From Nitrosopumilus sp. (GTDB lineage Archaea > Thermoproteota > Nitrososphaeria > Nitrososphaerales > Nitrosopumilaceae): a DNA stretch of 64,000 bases. The position numbers were made by a program, and so were the translations under genes. The notes beneath the pieces were generated by a model. That model ran no database searches. It was not told the origin of the DNA and saw only the letters and a list, made by a program, of their open reading frames with translations. The stretch lies in contig OZ242186.1 in the NCBI GenBank assembly GCA_965205675.1, forward strand, positions 832,001-896,000, in the 5' to 3' direction. Positions 20,191 through 31,100 of this stretch are shown here, one piece after another. Positions within the stretch are counted from its first letter, which is position 1, and each line of letters starts with the position of its first letter.

Positions 20191-21141
20191 ATGTCTTTAC
20201 TTTTAAAAGATCGAGTATGGTCCATGGAAGCGCCAACTGCAAAACGTGGCGTATATCCTTTACATGGATTCAAACTTGGATTATACAGATTACCGATTAA
20301 ACTAGAAGAGCAGATAGAACTCAAATCCGTTTACGATGGCCTCAAAAAAGCATTCGAAATGGACATGTATGCTGATAGAATTTTTGCAACATATCGTTGG
20401 AAAGAACAAAACATGGATGATCCTGATATGAAAGGATACGAAGAAGTTGACTTGTCAGTTACTGTGGAAATTGTAACTGGCGAAGTCGTAGATATTATTT
20501 ATCAAATTTTCCCAATTGAAAAATTTGGTGATCCTAACTGGGTTAAAGATTATAGAAAGAAAGCAGATCATTTTGCTAAAATGGTAATTGATACTATTTT
20601 ACGAAATACTATCTTAGCTGACAAAATGATTTCATATTATGCAAAAACTGAAAAAATTTCTGAAGTTGCAGCTATTCAAAAATTAGAAGAATTAACTCCT
20701 CTTGCAAAAATTGTTTTGGGCGCTAAAGTAAAACCGGTAGAAGCAACTGAGGGTGATGATGAGGAAGAAGATGACAGTGTAATTGAAATTCCTGACGGTG
20801 CAAAACCTGGACCAATTGATGTTGAATACAAATCAAAGATGAAACCTTCTACAGCATATGATGCACCAGAACATACTATCAAAACTTGGGGTAGGAGAGG
20901 TACAGGTAATGGCATAATGGGTGTTTGGGGTGAATTTGTTTCGGTGGATTATGATATTTGTGTTGCAGATGGTGGATGTCTTGAAGCATGCCCTGTTGGT
21001 GTATACGAATGGTTTGACACTCCTGGAAATCCTGCATCTGAAAAGAAACCATTAATGTCAAAAGAACCTGATTGTATTTTTTGTCTTGCATGTGAGGGTG
21101 TTTGTCCTCCCCAAGCAATCAAAATCTATGAGCAAAAATGA
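20191..21141 (+). CDS. Dicluster ferredoxin (Zfx-like C-terminal domain) fused to a ~190-aa unknown N-terminal domain
   Basis: CVADGGCLEACP and CIFCLACEGVCP; acidic linker EGDDEEEDD. Confidence 0.85.
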   Translation: MSLLLKDRVWSMEAPTAKRGVYPLHGFKLGLYRLPIKLEEQIELKSVYDGLKKAFEMDMYADRIFATYRWKEQNMDDPDMKGYEEVDLSVTVEIVTGEVVDIIYQIFPIEKFGDPNWVKDYRKKADHFAKMVIDTILRNTILADKMISYYAKTEKISEVAAIQKLEELTPLAKIVLGAKVKPVEATEGDDEEEDDSVIEIPDGAKPGPIDVEYKSKMKPSTAYDAPEHTIKTWGRRGTGNGIMGVWGEFVSVDYDICVADGGCLEACPVGVYEWFDTPGNPASEKKPLMSKEPDCIFCLACEGVCPPQAIKIYEQK

Positions 21142-21194
21142 TTTTATTTTTTGCAACTATAAATAGCGACTAATAATTCTGTAAAACTAGGGAT

Positions 21195-23255
21195 ATGTCT
21201 GTTAATCCTTTTACTCAGTTTGTATTTGATTTGTTTATCTTATCTGCCATCATAATCACTGCATATACTGTTAATTTCTACTATCTTGCATTTATTTCTA
21301 GAACTCGAAAAGAATCACATCCTACGATTGATTGGGGGACTCCTTCTGTAACCATTCAATTACCCATTTACAATGAAAAATATGTTGCAAAAAGATTAAT
21401 TGATGCAGTTTGCAATTTGGATTATCCTCAAGACAAAATGAAGATAATGGTCTGTGATGATTCTGATGATGACACTGTGGAATTACTGCGCAATGTAGTT
21501 GATGATTATAAAAAACAAGGATTCAAAATTGAACATATTAGACGTGGAACAAGAAATGGATACAAGGCCGGAGCGTTAAAACATGCCATGCAAACAACTG
21601 ATACTGATCTCGTTGCTATCTTTGATGCTGATTTTATTCCTCCCGTCTGGTTTCTTAAACGGGCAATACCGCACTTTTCAAGATCTAACATAGGACTAGT
21701 TCAATGCAGATGGGGACATGTAAATGAAGATTATTCTGCACTTACACAAGTACAGGCACTTAGCATCGATTTTCATTTTCTTATAGAACAAAAAGCAAAA
21801 AGCAATTCTCACCTATTTATGAATTTTAATGGTACTGCTGGAATCTGGAGACGTGATTGTATTGAGGATGCTGGAGGATGGCATACTGCAACTCTTGTTG
21901 AAGATCTTGATCTTAGCTTTAGGGCACAAATGAAAGGTTGGAAGTGTTTATTTTTACCGGACATAGTCGTTGATGCTGAATTACCTGCACAAATGAATGG
22001 TGCAAAACGACAACAGTTTCGTTGGGCAAAAGGATCTATTCAATGTGCAATAAAACTACTTTCTGATATCGGGTTAAAACGTCATGTTGCAGTTGAAGCA
22101 AAAATTCAGGCTTTTATCCAACTTACTCGTCATATTGTCTATCCCTTAATCTTAATACAATTTTTGACTCTCCCTATATTGCTTGCAGCTCAGGTTAATC
22201 TTTATGTTGTTAGCGTTCTACCTGTCCTTACCATTGTAACATATCTGGCGATGGGACCTGGCGCATATGTTCTAGTTATACGTGGCATGTATCATACATA
22301 TTGGAAATCAAAAATAAAATTACTTCCTGCTTTACTTGTCTATAATGCTGGCATGTCTGTCAATAACACTGTTGCAGTTTTTGATGCCATATTGGGAAAG
22401 AAAAATGAATTTCATAGAACGCCAAAGTATGGAATTGTAACAAAAAAAGATGATTGGCGAGGCAAGGCATACAATTTGCCTTTCACTCAGACAACATTGT
22501 TGGAAATATTTTTTGGTGTTTATGGAATTATCGCAATTTTTATTTCAGTTTTTTCTAATAATCCTGTTTTTGTACCGATAATTGCCATTCAGACACTGGG
22601 TTTTTTCTATATATCTTACATGAGTTTGTCTCATACCAAATTTAAAAGAAATAAATCAAGGGATAATCGCCCAAAAACTAAGAACGAAAAAATGGCAATT
22701 ACTGTTTACAAACTTTCGATGATTGGTATTCTTGGAATAATTATTTTTGGCGTATCTATGGCATTTTCTGGCTACAATTCTGATATTTATCCTCTTGATA
22801 GGATGAGAGGAAATCTTGATGGAGTTGTATCTTCATCAGATCCTGTTATGATGCGTGAGCATCTTGTAGCCATTCAATCTGATTTGGATATTATAATGCA
22901 CAATATTCCTGAAACCATTGATTCAGATGGCAAAGTAATCTCTAAAAACCCTGTATGGATATTTGCTACTGAATCAACTAATTTCCTTAGAATTCAGAAT
23001 AATATTGCTTCTATGATTGGTGATATTGATCGTTCGACATCTCTTCCAAAACCCACTGATGATTATAGTACTGGAATGCTGGATATCAATGATAGAGCGT
23101 TATTGTTAAGAACTAACATTATGGATGCCACTCCATACATGTATGTCAGTCCTGCAAATATGCTGTTTAGTGTTTTTTGGTTTGCAGCAATTATAGGAAT
23201 CTTTGCCATATTGAAAAGAAAGAAAGAACAACTCAATAAATCAGATGAAGAATAA
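21195..23255 (+). CDS. Processive GT2 glycosyltransferase (cellulose-synthase-like) with C-terminal extension
   Basis: QLPIYNE, KAGAL, FDADF, TLVEDLD, QQFRW (D,D,D,QxxRW); several TM helices. Confidence 0.88.
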   Translation: MSVNPFTQFVFDLFILSAIIITAYTVNFYYLAFISRTRKESHPTIDWGTPSVTIQLPIYNEKYVAKRLIDAVCNLDYPQDKMKIMVCDDSDDDTVELLRNVVDDYKKQGFKIEHIRRGTRNGYKAGALKHAMQTTDTDLVAIFDADFIPPVWFLKRAIPHFSRSNIGLVQCRWGHVNEDYSALTQVQALSIDFHFLIEQKAKSNSHLFMNFNGTAGIWRRDCIEDAGGWHTATLVEDLDLSFRAQMKGWKCLFLPDIVVDAELPAQMNGAKRQQFRWAKGSIQCAIKLLSDIGLKRHVAVEAKIQAFIQLTRHIVYPLILIQFLTLPILLAAQVNLYVVSVLPVLTIVTYLAMGPGAYVLVIRGMYHTYWKSKIKLLPALLVYNAGMSVNNTVAVFDAILGKKNEFHRTPKYGIVTKKDDWRGKAYNLPFTQTTLLEIFFGVYGIIAIFISVFSNNPVFVPIIAIQTLGFFYISYMSLSHTKFKRNKSRDNRPKTKNEKMAITVYKLSMIGILGIIIFGVSMAFSGYNSDIYPLDRMRGNLDGVVSSSDPVMMREHLVAIQSDLDIIMHNIPETIDSDGKVISKNPVWIFATESTNFLRIQNNIASMIGDIDRSTSLPKPTDDYSTGMLDINDRALLLRTNIMDATPYMYVSPANMLFSVFWFAAIIGIFAILKRKKEQLNKSDEE

Positions 23256-24770
23256 TCAAGAAATATTCAAGTCTTTTCTAATCTCATCTACTGCTCTAAT
23301 TCCATAAATATCTCGTACTTGTTGAATTCTGATTGATTCTTTTAACATGTCTCTGCCTATTGAATTAGTTAAAATGGAATATACATCGCTGAATCTAACT
23401 TCCCATTTGTCAGCACAGTCTAACATTTTACTAATTGCCCATTGTCTAACTTCATGAGGTAGTGGTATTTTCTCCCCCGCTTCAATTGAAACTCTATCAA
23501 ATAAATTGACAATATCTGCAGTTTGTTTTGCCATATTTTCAATATCTTTTGCTACTCCATATTTTGATTCTGTGTTCATTCTGATAGACGATTGATATTC
23601 TGAAAGTTTTAGTAATGCCATTACTTCTTTTGATGAATCATCTGATGCCTTGTTTGTTGTCTCTTTTATTGATTGTAATTCTTGGAATAATTTTTCTGAT
23701 TTTTTATGGAATTCCATTGCAGATTCATCTTGTCTCTTGAGTGTATCTGAAACTGAAGATATTTTTTGCTCTATGCTGTTTGTTTTATCAAACACATTCT
23801 GCTTGAAACTGGACATTTCTTCTTGTACTGATTTGAGTCCTTCTCCAACAAATGCTGTTGAATCTGCTCTTTGTGATAGTGAACTAATTTCGGTTTCAAT
23901 TTTATCAATTTTACCTCCTAGATCTTTGATAGATTCTAGGTTCAAATTATCTACTGAATTTGCTTTAGATGAGATTGTGTCAAACTGTTGCTTGAGACCG
24001 TCAATTATTCCTCCCAATGAATCAATTTTTGATGCTTTAGATGATATGGCATCAATTGTTATTTTGATTGCATCTAATTCTGTATCAAGATTTAAAGTAG
24101 AGGAAATCCCTTCTGTTATTTTTCCTAATTCTTGTTTTAAGCTTTCAATTATTTGAGAATCTGTATCTAGTTTTGCAGTTTTTCCTGAAATTTCATTTAT
24201 AGTATTTTTGAGATTATTCATTTCTGCTCCAGTTTCCAAAAATAAATCTGTTTTTCCAGAAACTTTTCTTAAATCATCTCTTACTTCATCAATCCTTTGT
24301 GCAATCTTGATGATCATCTGAGAGTTGTTCTTAATTGAATTCATGCTGTCTTTTACTTGTTGAGATAATTCTTGAGATTTTGATGCCTTTTGTAATTCTG
24401 AAATTCTAGTAATTTCTTTTTCTAATTTAGATGTCTGATCGTTTATCTTATTTACAAGACTTGATTGAGTTCTAACTTGATTTAATCCTGCGTATAGTTT
24501 TTGAGTATCGTCTTCTATAATATTGATCTGTTTTGATTGTTTTTGAATATGTTCTAGTGTTAACGTTAATGTGTCAATCATTCCTTTCATTGAAACTAGT
24601 ACTTTTTGATTTTCTCCAAATATTTTTGACATTACTTTGATCTCTTTTTGTAATGCCTTGTTTGAATCTGAAACTAATGCCACTTTCTTTAATACTGCTG
24701 ATGGTGTTGGTTCCTTCTTTACTGTCTTTTTTATTTTACTCTTTATTTTCTTTGCAGTTTTGATAGCCAT
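23256..24770 (-). CDS. Long coiled-coil hypothetical protein
   Basis: Heptad-rich 504-aa ORF with Lys-rich N-terminus. Confidence 0.8.
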   Translation of the reverse strand: MAIKTAKKIKSKIKKTVKKEPTPSAVLKKVALVSDSNKALQKEIKVMSKIFGENQKVLVSMKGMIDTLTLTLEHIQKQSKQINIIEDDTQKLYAGLNQVRTQSSLVNKINDQTSKLEKEITRISELQKASKSQELSQQVKDSMNSIKNNSQMIIKIAQRIDEVRDDLRKVSGKTDLFLETGAEMNNLKNTINEISGKTAKLDTDSQIIESLKQELGKITEGISSTLNLDTELDAIKITIDAISSKASKIDSLGGIIDGLKQQFDTISSKANSVDNLNLESIKDLGGKIDKIETEISSLSQRADSTAFVGEGLKSVQEEMSSFKQNVFDKTNSIEQKISSVSDTLKRQDESAMEFHKKSEKLFQELQSIKETTNKASDDSSKEVMALLKLSEYQSSIRMNTESKYGVAKDIENMAKQTADIVNLFDRVSIEAGEKIPLPHEVRQWAISKMLDCADKWEVRFSDVYSILTNSIGRDMLKESIRIQQVRDIYGIRAVDEIRKDLNIS

Positions 24771-24831
24771 GTAATTCCAATTAAAAATTTAGAAATAAAA
24801 AAGTTGGGTATAAAATAAAAAATGTAAAGAG

Positions 24832-24939
24832 CTACTTGTTTACAACTCTTGGTTCATGAAGTAATTCATGAAATGTCTTTTCAACTAAACCATTTGCTGT
24901 TTCAATAAACCCTTTTGGACAATATTCGCATTGAATCAT
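24832..24939 (-). CDS. 35-aa C2H2-type zinc-finger microprotein (absent from the ORF track)
   Basis: MIQCEYCPKGFIETANGLVEKTFHELLHEPRVVNK*; TATA-like TATTAATA ~25-30 nt upstream on the minus strand. Confidence 0.6.
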   Translation of the reverse strand: MIQCEYCPKGFIETANGLVEKTFHELLHEPRVVNK

Positions 24940-24964
24940 ATAGTACGGTATGGTACCGTACTAT
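24940..24964. promoter_or_regulatory. Perfect 11-bp inverted repeat (putative operator) between TATA box and microprotein start
   Basis: ATAGTACGGTA-TGG-TACCGTACTAT. Confidence 0.55.
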
Positions 24965-25174
24965 TAATATCGAGGTGATTACAAAGTAACCAATTATACA
25001 GTCAGATACCCCAAGGTCATATCTCTTCATATTCCTCAGTAGACCTAATCATCATTCTGTATATCGATTATAATTTTTGAGCATAAAGAGGTTAAAGATT
25101 TTTAAAATTATTGAGCCTAGTGTTTTCTGATAGCTGTTCCCAAATTTGCAATGCGTAATGATTTTTAAACAAAT

Positions 25175-26518
25175 TTGCTAACTGATATCATGCAAAACAT
25201 TTCATTTCAGTTAGATTCTAGTGGAATCCAAAATTCATTTAACAATACTTTTACCAGTCTGATTGATCAAATAACTCCAGAATTACCTCACACCAGCTTT
25301 GTTACTGATTTAGCATTCATTATGATCATTGGAGCTGTTGTAACTCTTGCTTTCTTTAAAATTAAACAACCTCTTATCATAGGCTATCTTTTTGCTGGAA
25401 TGTTGATTGGCCCTTTCTCTTTTTTATGGGCTTGGATTTTACCTAAAGGTAGTTCTTCTTCTGATGTTTTAGAAAGTGTTGGAATTTTATCTGATATTTC
25501 TGCATTGAATCTATTTGCAGAAATTGGTGTCATCTTACTTCTTTTTGTAATTGGCATTGAATTCCCTTATGCAAAAATCCGAAGCATTGGCCGTGTAGCT
25601 ATTGGTGTTGGCACTGTAGGACTATTTTCAACATTAGGTGCTTTATTTTACACTGCAAGTGCTCTTGGTTTAGAATTTATGGATGCATTATTCATTGCTG
25701 CTGCATTGTCTATTTCTAGTACTGCAATCATTGTTAAACTGTTAGAGGAGATGGGCAAAATCAAAAAAGAATCATCTATTTTGGTTCTTGGTATTTTAAT
25801 TGTAGAGGACGTTATAGCAGTTATTCTAATTTCATCTTTACAGTCTGTTGCTTTAGTTGGAACTGTATCAATAGAATCTATCTTAGTTGTTGTATTGGTT
25901 GCAACTAGTCTAATTGTTGGTACATTTACTATTGGAACTCGTGTAATTCCACCTCTGATTGATAGAGTTGCAGCAGCAGAAAATCGTGAAATCTTACTTC
26001 TTAGTGTACTTGGTGTTTGTTTTGGTTATGCTTTATTTGCAAATCTTGTAGGATTGTCTGTAGCAATTGGAGCTTTTTTAGCAGGAGTCTTAGTCGCTGA
26101 ATCTAAATCTGCTGAAGTTGCAAAACTGCTTTCTAGTCCGATTAAAGATATGTTTGTGGCCATATTTTTCATTTCAGTTGGTGCTTTGATGGATGTCTCA
26201 CAACTCGAAAATTACATTTTCGTAGCCATAGCTCTGATTGCTGTTGCAACTGGAATGAAGTTTGGTGGCAACATGCTTGGAAATCTGATTTTCAGACAAA
26301 AACGTGGCAAGGCGTTACGTTCTGCATTTACTCTTGGAGCTCCTAGGGGTGAATTCTCTATTGTCATTGTCAAAGTAGGTGTTGATATTGGTGCCGTTAG
26401 TGCATTCTTATTTCCTTTGGTTGGCATTATCTCAATTATTACTGCATTCATTTCTCCATTTCTGATGAAGGCAGGCGATAAAATAATACCTGCTTTGGAG
26501 GATAAAGAAAATGTCTGA
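25175..26518 (+). CDS. CPA2 (Kef-type) cation:proton antiporter
   Basis: IGYLFAGMLIGP, AEIGVILLLFVIGIE, LSISSTAI, GILIVED, PRGEFS. Confidence 0.9.
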   Translation: MLTDIMQNISFQLDSSGIQNSFNNTFTSLIDQITPELPHTSFVTDLAFIMIIGAVVTLAFFKIKQPLIIGYLFAGMLIGPFSFLWAWILPKGSSSSDVLESVGILSDISALNLFAEIGVILLLFVIGIEFPYAKIRSIGRVAIGVGTVGLFSTLGALFYTASALGLEFMDALFIAAALSISSTAIIVKLLEEMGKIKKESSILVLGILIVEDVIAVILISSLQSVALVGTVSIESILVVVLVATSLIVGTFTIGTRVIPPLIDRVAAAENREILLLSVLGVCFGYALFANLVGLSVAIGAFLAGVLVAESKSAEVAKLLSSPIKDMFVAIFFISVGALMDVSQLENYIFVAIALIAVATGMKFGGNMLGNLIFRQKRGKALRSAFTLGAPRGEFSIVIVKVGVDIGAVSAFLFPLVGIISIITAFISPFLMKAGDKIIPALEDKENV

Positions 26519-26939
26519 TGAATTAGAAAAACTTTTAGATCAGGTACATCCTGGAATAACTACTTTTGATTTTGATGGCAATGAGACTCCTTGTATTGAA
26601 TTGGATGGTAAAAAATATGATGAGATATTGTCTAAAGTTAGGGGACAATCTTTGTCTATTAATACTGATTTGAATATTTTACAAGATGGGTTGGGTAATG
26701 TGTTTGTTGAATTTACATTAACTTTCTCAAAAGGCAATATCGTTGAAATTTTTCTTGTAAATGCAAAAACTGATCTTGCTTTTTTTCAAGCTCTTACAAA
26801 GACTTCGATGCTTGCTTTGTCTTCCCCAAAATCTAATTATGGAAAAGATAACGTGTTTATGATTCAATTGCCTTGTCCCAAGAAAGCTCAGGATGCTCTT
26901 GAGATTATTCAAAGTGCATTAATTCCAAAGAATAAGTAA
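26511..26939 (+). CDS. Hypothetical protein overlapping the antiporter stop
   Basis: 142-aa ORF with operon-like overlap. Confidence 0.75.
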   Translation: MSDELEKLLDQVHPGITTFDFDGNETPCIELDGKKYDEILSKVRGQSLSINTDLNILQDGLGNVFVEFTLTFSKGNIVEIFLVNAKTDLAFFQALTKTSMLALSSPKSNYGKDNVFMIQLPCPKKAQDALEIIQSALIPKNK

Positions 26940-26943
26940 AAAG

Positions 26944-27020
26944 TGGTGCAGTTACCGGGATTTGAACCCGGGTCACGTACTTGGCAAGCACGAGTACTAA
27001 CCAGACTGTACTATAACTGC
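26944..27020 (-). tRNA. tRNA-Gly(GCC), CCA encoded, no intron
   Basis: Minus strand GCAGTTA...CGTGC-TTGCCAA-GTACG...GGTTCAAATCC...TAACTGC-ACCA folds as a cloverleaf. Confidence 0.96.
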
Positions 27021-27076
27021 AACAACCCTCAGGACTGAATTTGTATATTAAATGTTTTTTAATCAACATTTTTCAT

Positions 27077-28118
27077 TGTACTATATGGAAATTATGTCGC
27101 TTATCCATTTGTATCCTCTTCAGCCCAATTGGGGTTATCATCTCTGATCGTTTTTGTGGCAATTCTTGCTTTAAATGCATCTAGTGGTCGTTCACCTGCA
27201 TCAATATCTAGTGAAAAGTGTAGTCTGCGTTCATTGTAATATTTGACATATTCAGACAGACTATCATAGTGAAATATCTCTTCTTCAATACTTCTGTGGA
27301 ATCGTTCTAGCTTGCCATTTGTCTGTGGATGATATGGTCTGGAGTTTATCAACTCAATTCCCATGTCTAGCAATGCTTCTTCAAAAGGTGTTGGACTCCA
27401 TGAACCTTTTGGTTTTTTTTGATGTCTTCCAACAAAGCATAATCCGTTATCTGAAAGTATTGTAGCAGGGACACCAAACTTTTTGACTGCTTTATACAAG
27501 ACTCGTACTGCATTTTCTGATGTAGCTTGAGTGAATATTTGTGCTGCCATGATACACCTTGAAGAATCATCAAGATATGTGACTAGATTCAGCCCTCTAA
27601 AGCGTGGGTCCTTCATCATATGCCAATCCACATGCCACATTGCATTGGAATACTTGCGTTCAAATCTTACCCATTTGCGTTTACGTGATTTTGCAGGGGA
27701 TGGAATTGATAGATGATTCGCCTTCATTATCTGGTATACTTTATGGTAACTTATAATGTGACCTTTTTCTTTGAGTTCTTTTGTAAGACGTACTGCACCT
27801 ATTGGTTGTTCTTTGTGTTTTTGTAATACTAGATTGGTTTGGGTCTCTGATGGTGCTGATGAATGTCTTCCAGGAGTTTTTTGTACATGTGGTACCACCT
27901 GTTTTACGAAATTCTGCCCAAATACGTTGAATATGTCTCTGTGTTACATTCGTTTCATATGCAATTGTAGCTGTTCTACGACCTTGTTTACACTGTGCAA
28001 TGATGTAACGTATTGATTTCTCAGTAAGATATTTCCTCATAATTTTAGATCGATATAGTCTATAGTATTCCTTTACACAATGTCTAATCTTAGGACGACC
28101 TAATTTTCGTACAATAGA
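27077..28118 (-). mobile_element. IS481-family element with frameshifted transposase
   Basis: ORF 27101-27898 with WHVD, LSDNG, PQTNGKLERFH; N-terminal HTH in a separate frame (MRKYLTEK); imperfect ~23-bp TIRs (TGTACTATATGGAAATTATGTCG / TCTATTGTACGAAAATTAGGTCG). Confidence 0.85.
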
Positions 28119-28173
28119 AAGATAAAGTTCACACAACAAATCTTTTATATGTAGAGTTTTATTTTCCAATTAA

Positions 28174-31100
28174 ATGACTTTGCCATATAGGCTCTTAATC
28201 TCACAACTATCTGTTCCCTTTTACATGCTTTTTGTCGTTTTACCCTGTTCTTTATACTATCTGGCAGCGCCTAAACATACAAACGAGGCATTTCTCAGAA
28301 AATCTCTTGCCGTATTCGTATCTGCCGTGTTTGTCTCTGGCAGTATACTTGGTCCTATTGGATTAACCTTTTCTCCCCAATATGCTTTTGCAGATGATAT
28401 ATTTGCAGAGATGAATTCTTTTGAAAATATTTTACCAAATACTGTATTACCTGATCATGAATTTTTGAAAAAGAAGCTGCATAGTTCTGAGGCAAACTCA
28501 GATATTGCTGATTCACTGTACAATAATAATGATAATAATGAGAATCCCCTCAGTGAATCTGAGAAAAAGACAGTGCACGAATTTCTCTTGGCGTTGCATG
28601 GCGATATCGATGTATTAAATGAACAGTCATATCCTACTGTGGGAGGATACTGGACTGTAGAGTTTGTTACAAAGGGAACACATGACCTGATAGTCTCTGC
28701 AATTAATGCAACAAGCTTTGGAGCTGGATTGCCTGATGATGTAGAGTTTATCTCACTTTATGATTCTGATGGAAGTGAAATTGCACCTGAATTTATTTAT
28801 GATGACTCTGGTTCTAAAGGAGAAATTACCTCTGTTGTATTTCCGGATTATTCAAACGATGATGTTGGTTCATTTAAGATGCTCGTACACACTCCTGGCA
28901 AACACCATCTAAAATTTGAGTTTGGTAATGGTGTTGCATATGCAAACAACAATGCGTATCCGAATTCTACTATAGAAATAAACAGCTCAACTACAAATGG
29001 CCCAGACCTATCTAGTCATGACTCCTTTGGTACCTCTATTGCAAACATTGGTGACCTTAACGGTGATGGTACATCTGATATTGCAGTAGGTGCAACAGGT
29101 GATGGACATGGAGGATCTAACAGTGGCGCCGTACACATCCTGTTTATGAATGATGATGGCTCTGTAAACCAAACCATAGAAATAAACAGCTCTACTGCAA
29201 ATGGCCCAGACCTAAATATTCTTGACTTCTTTGGCTCCTCCATTGCAAACATTGGTGACCTTAACGGTGATGGTACATCTGATATTGCAGTAGGTGCAGC
29301 AGGTGATGATAATGGAGGAGATGACAGTGGCGCCGTACACATCCTGTTTATGAATGATGATGGCTCTGTAAATAATACCATAGAAATAAACAGCTCTACT
29401 GCAAATGGCCCAGACCTATCTCAAACTGACATCTTTGGCTCCTCCATTGCAAACATTGGTGACCTTAACGGTGATGGTACATCTGATATTGCAGTAGGTG
29501 CAACAGGTGATGACCATGGAGGAGATGACAGTGGCGCCGTACACATCTTGTTTATGAATGATGATGGCTCTGTAGAGCAAACTGTAGAAATCAATGATTC
29601 CACTGCAAACGGCCCAGAACTATCTGATGACGATTTCTTTGGTAGTTCCATTGCAAACATTGGCGACCTCAACGGTGATGGTACATCTGATATTGTAGTA
29701 GGTGCAACAGGTGATGATGATGGAGGAGATAACCGAGGCGCCATACACATCTTGCTTATGAATGATGACGGCTCTGTAGACCAAACTGTAGAAATCAATG
29801 ATTCCACTGCAAACGGCCCAGAACTATCTGATGGCGATTTCTTTGGTAGTTCCATTGCAAACATTGGCGACCTTGACAATAACGGTACATCTGATATTGC
29901 AGTAGATGCGCAAGGTAATGATGATGGAGGAGATAACCGAGGCGCCATACACATCTTGTTTATGAATGATGATGGCTCTGTAGAGCAAACCATAGAAATA
30001 AACGATTCTACTGAACCAGGCCCAGTACTATCTGATAATGACATCTTTGGCTCCTCCATTGCAAACATTGGCGACCTTGACAATAACGGTACATCTGATA
30101 TTGCAGTAGGTGCGATAGATGATGACCATGGAGGACCTAGCAGTGGCGCCATACACATCATTTATCTAAGTACTGCCGTTTCTCATAGTGGCGCTATAGA
30201 GCAAACCATAGAAATAAACAGCTCTACTGCAAATGGCCCAGACCTATCTCAAAATGACATCTTTGGCTCCTCCATTGCAAACATTGGCGACCTTGACAAT
30301 AACGGTACATCTGATATTGCAGTAGGTGCGCCAAGTGATGATAATGGAGGAAATAACAAAGGCGCCATACACATCTTGCTTATGAATGATGATGGCTCTG
30401 TAAATAATACAATAGAAATAAACGATTCTACTCCAAATGGCCCAAGCCTAGATGCTGGTGACAACTTTGGTACCTCCATTGCAAACATTGGTGACCTCAA
30501 CGGTGATGGTACATCTGATATTGCAGTAGGTGCGCCAAATGATAATGATGGAGGAGATGACAGTGGCGCCGTACACATCTTGTTTATCAATGATGATGGC
30601 TCTGTAAATAATACAATAGAAATAAACGATTCTACTGCAAATGGCCCAGACCTAAATATTGCTGACTTGTTTGGCTCCTCCATTGCAAACATTGGTGACC
30701 TCAACGGCGATGGTACATCTGATATTGCAGTAGGTGCAACAGGTGATGATAGTGGATCATTTGGCAGCTCAGGCGCCGTACACATCTTGCTTATGAATGA
30801 TGATGGCTCTGTAGAGCGAACCATAGAAATAGACAGCACTACTGCAAATGGCCCAGACCTATCTAGTAGTGACTCCTTTGGCTCCTCTATTGCAAACATT
30901 GGTGACCTCAACGGTGATGGTACATCTGATATTGCAGTAGGTGCAATAGGTGATGATGATGGAGGAGATGACAGTGGCGCCGTACACATCTTGTTTATCA
31001 ATGATGATGGCTCTGTAGAGCAAACCATAGAAATAAACAGCTCTACTCCAAATGGCCCAAGCCTAGATGCTGGTGACAACTTTGGTACCTCCATTGCAGG

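Noticed and set aside
23256-24770. Methyl-accepting chemotaxis or SMC protein call
   Set aside because: No MCP hairpin signature or Walker motifs; generic coiled coil only
25003-25045. Short match to IS5-a interior (CAGATACCCCAAGGTCATA)
   Set aside because: Only ~19 bp of similarity; too short to call
26944-27020. tRNA-Gly as attachment site of an integrated island
   Set aside because: No integrase and no duplicated tRNA fragment seen in the window
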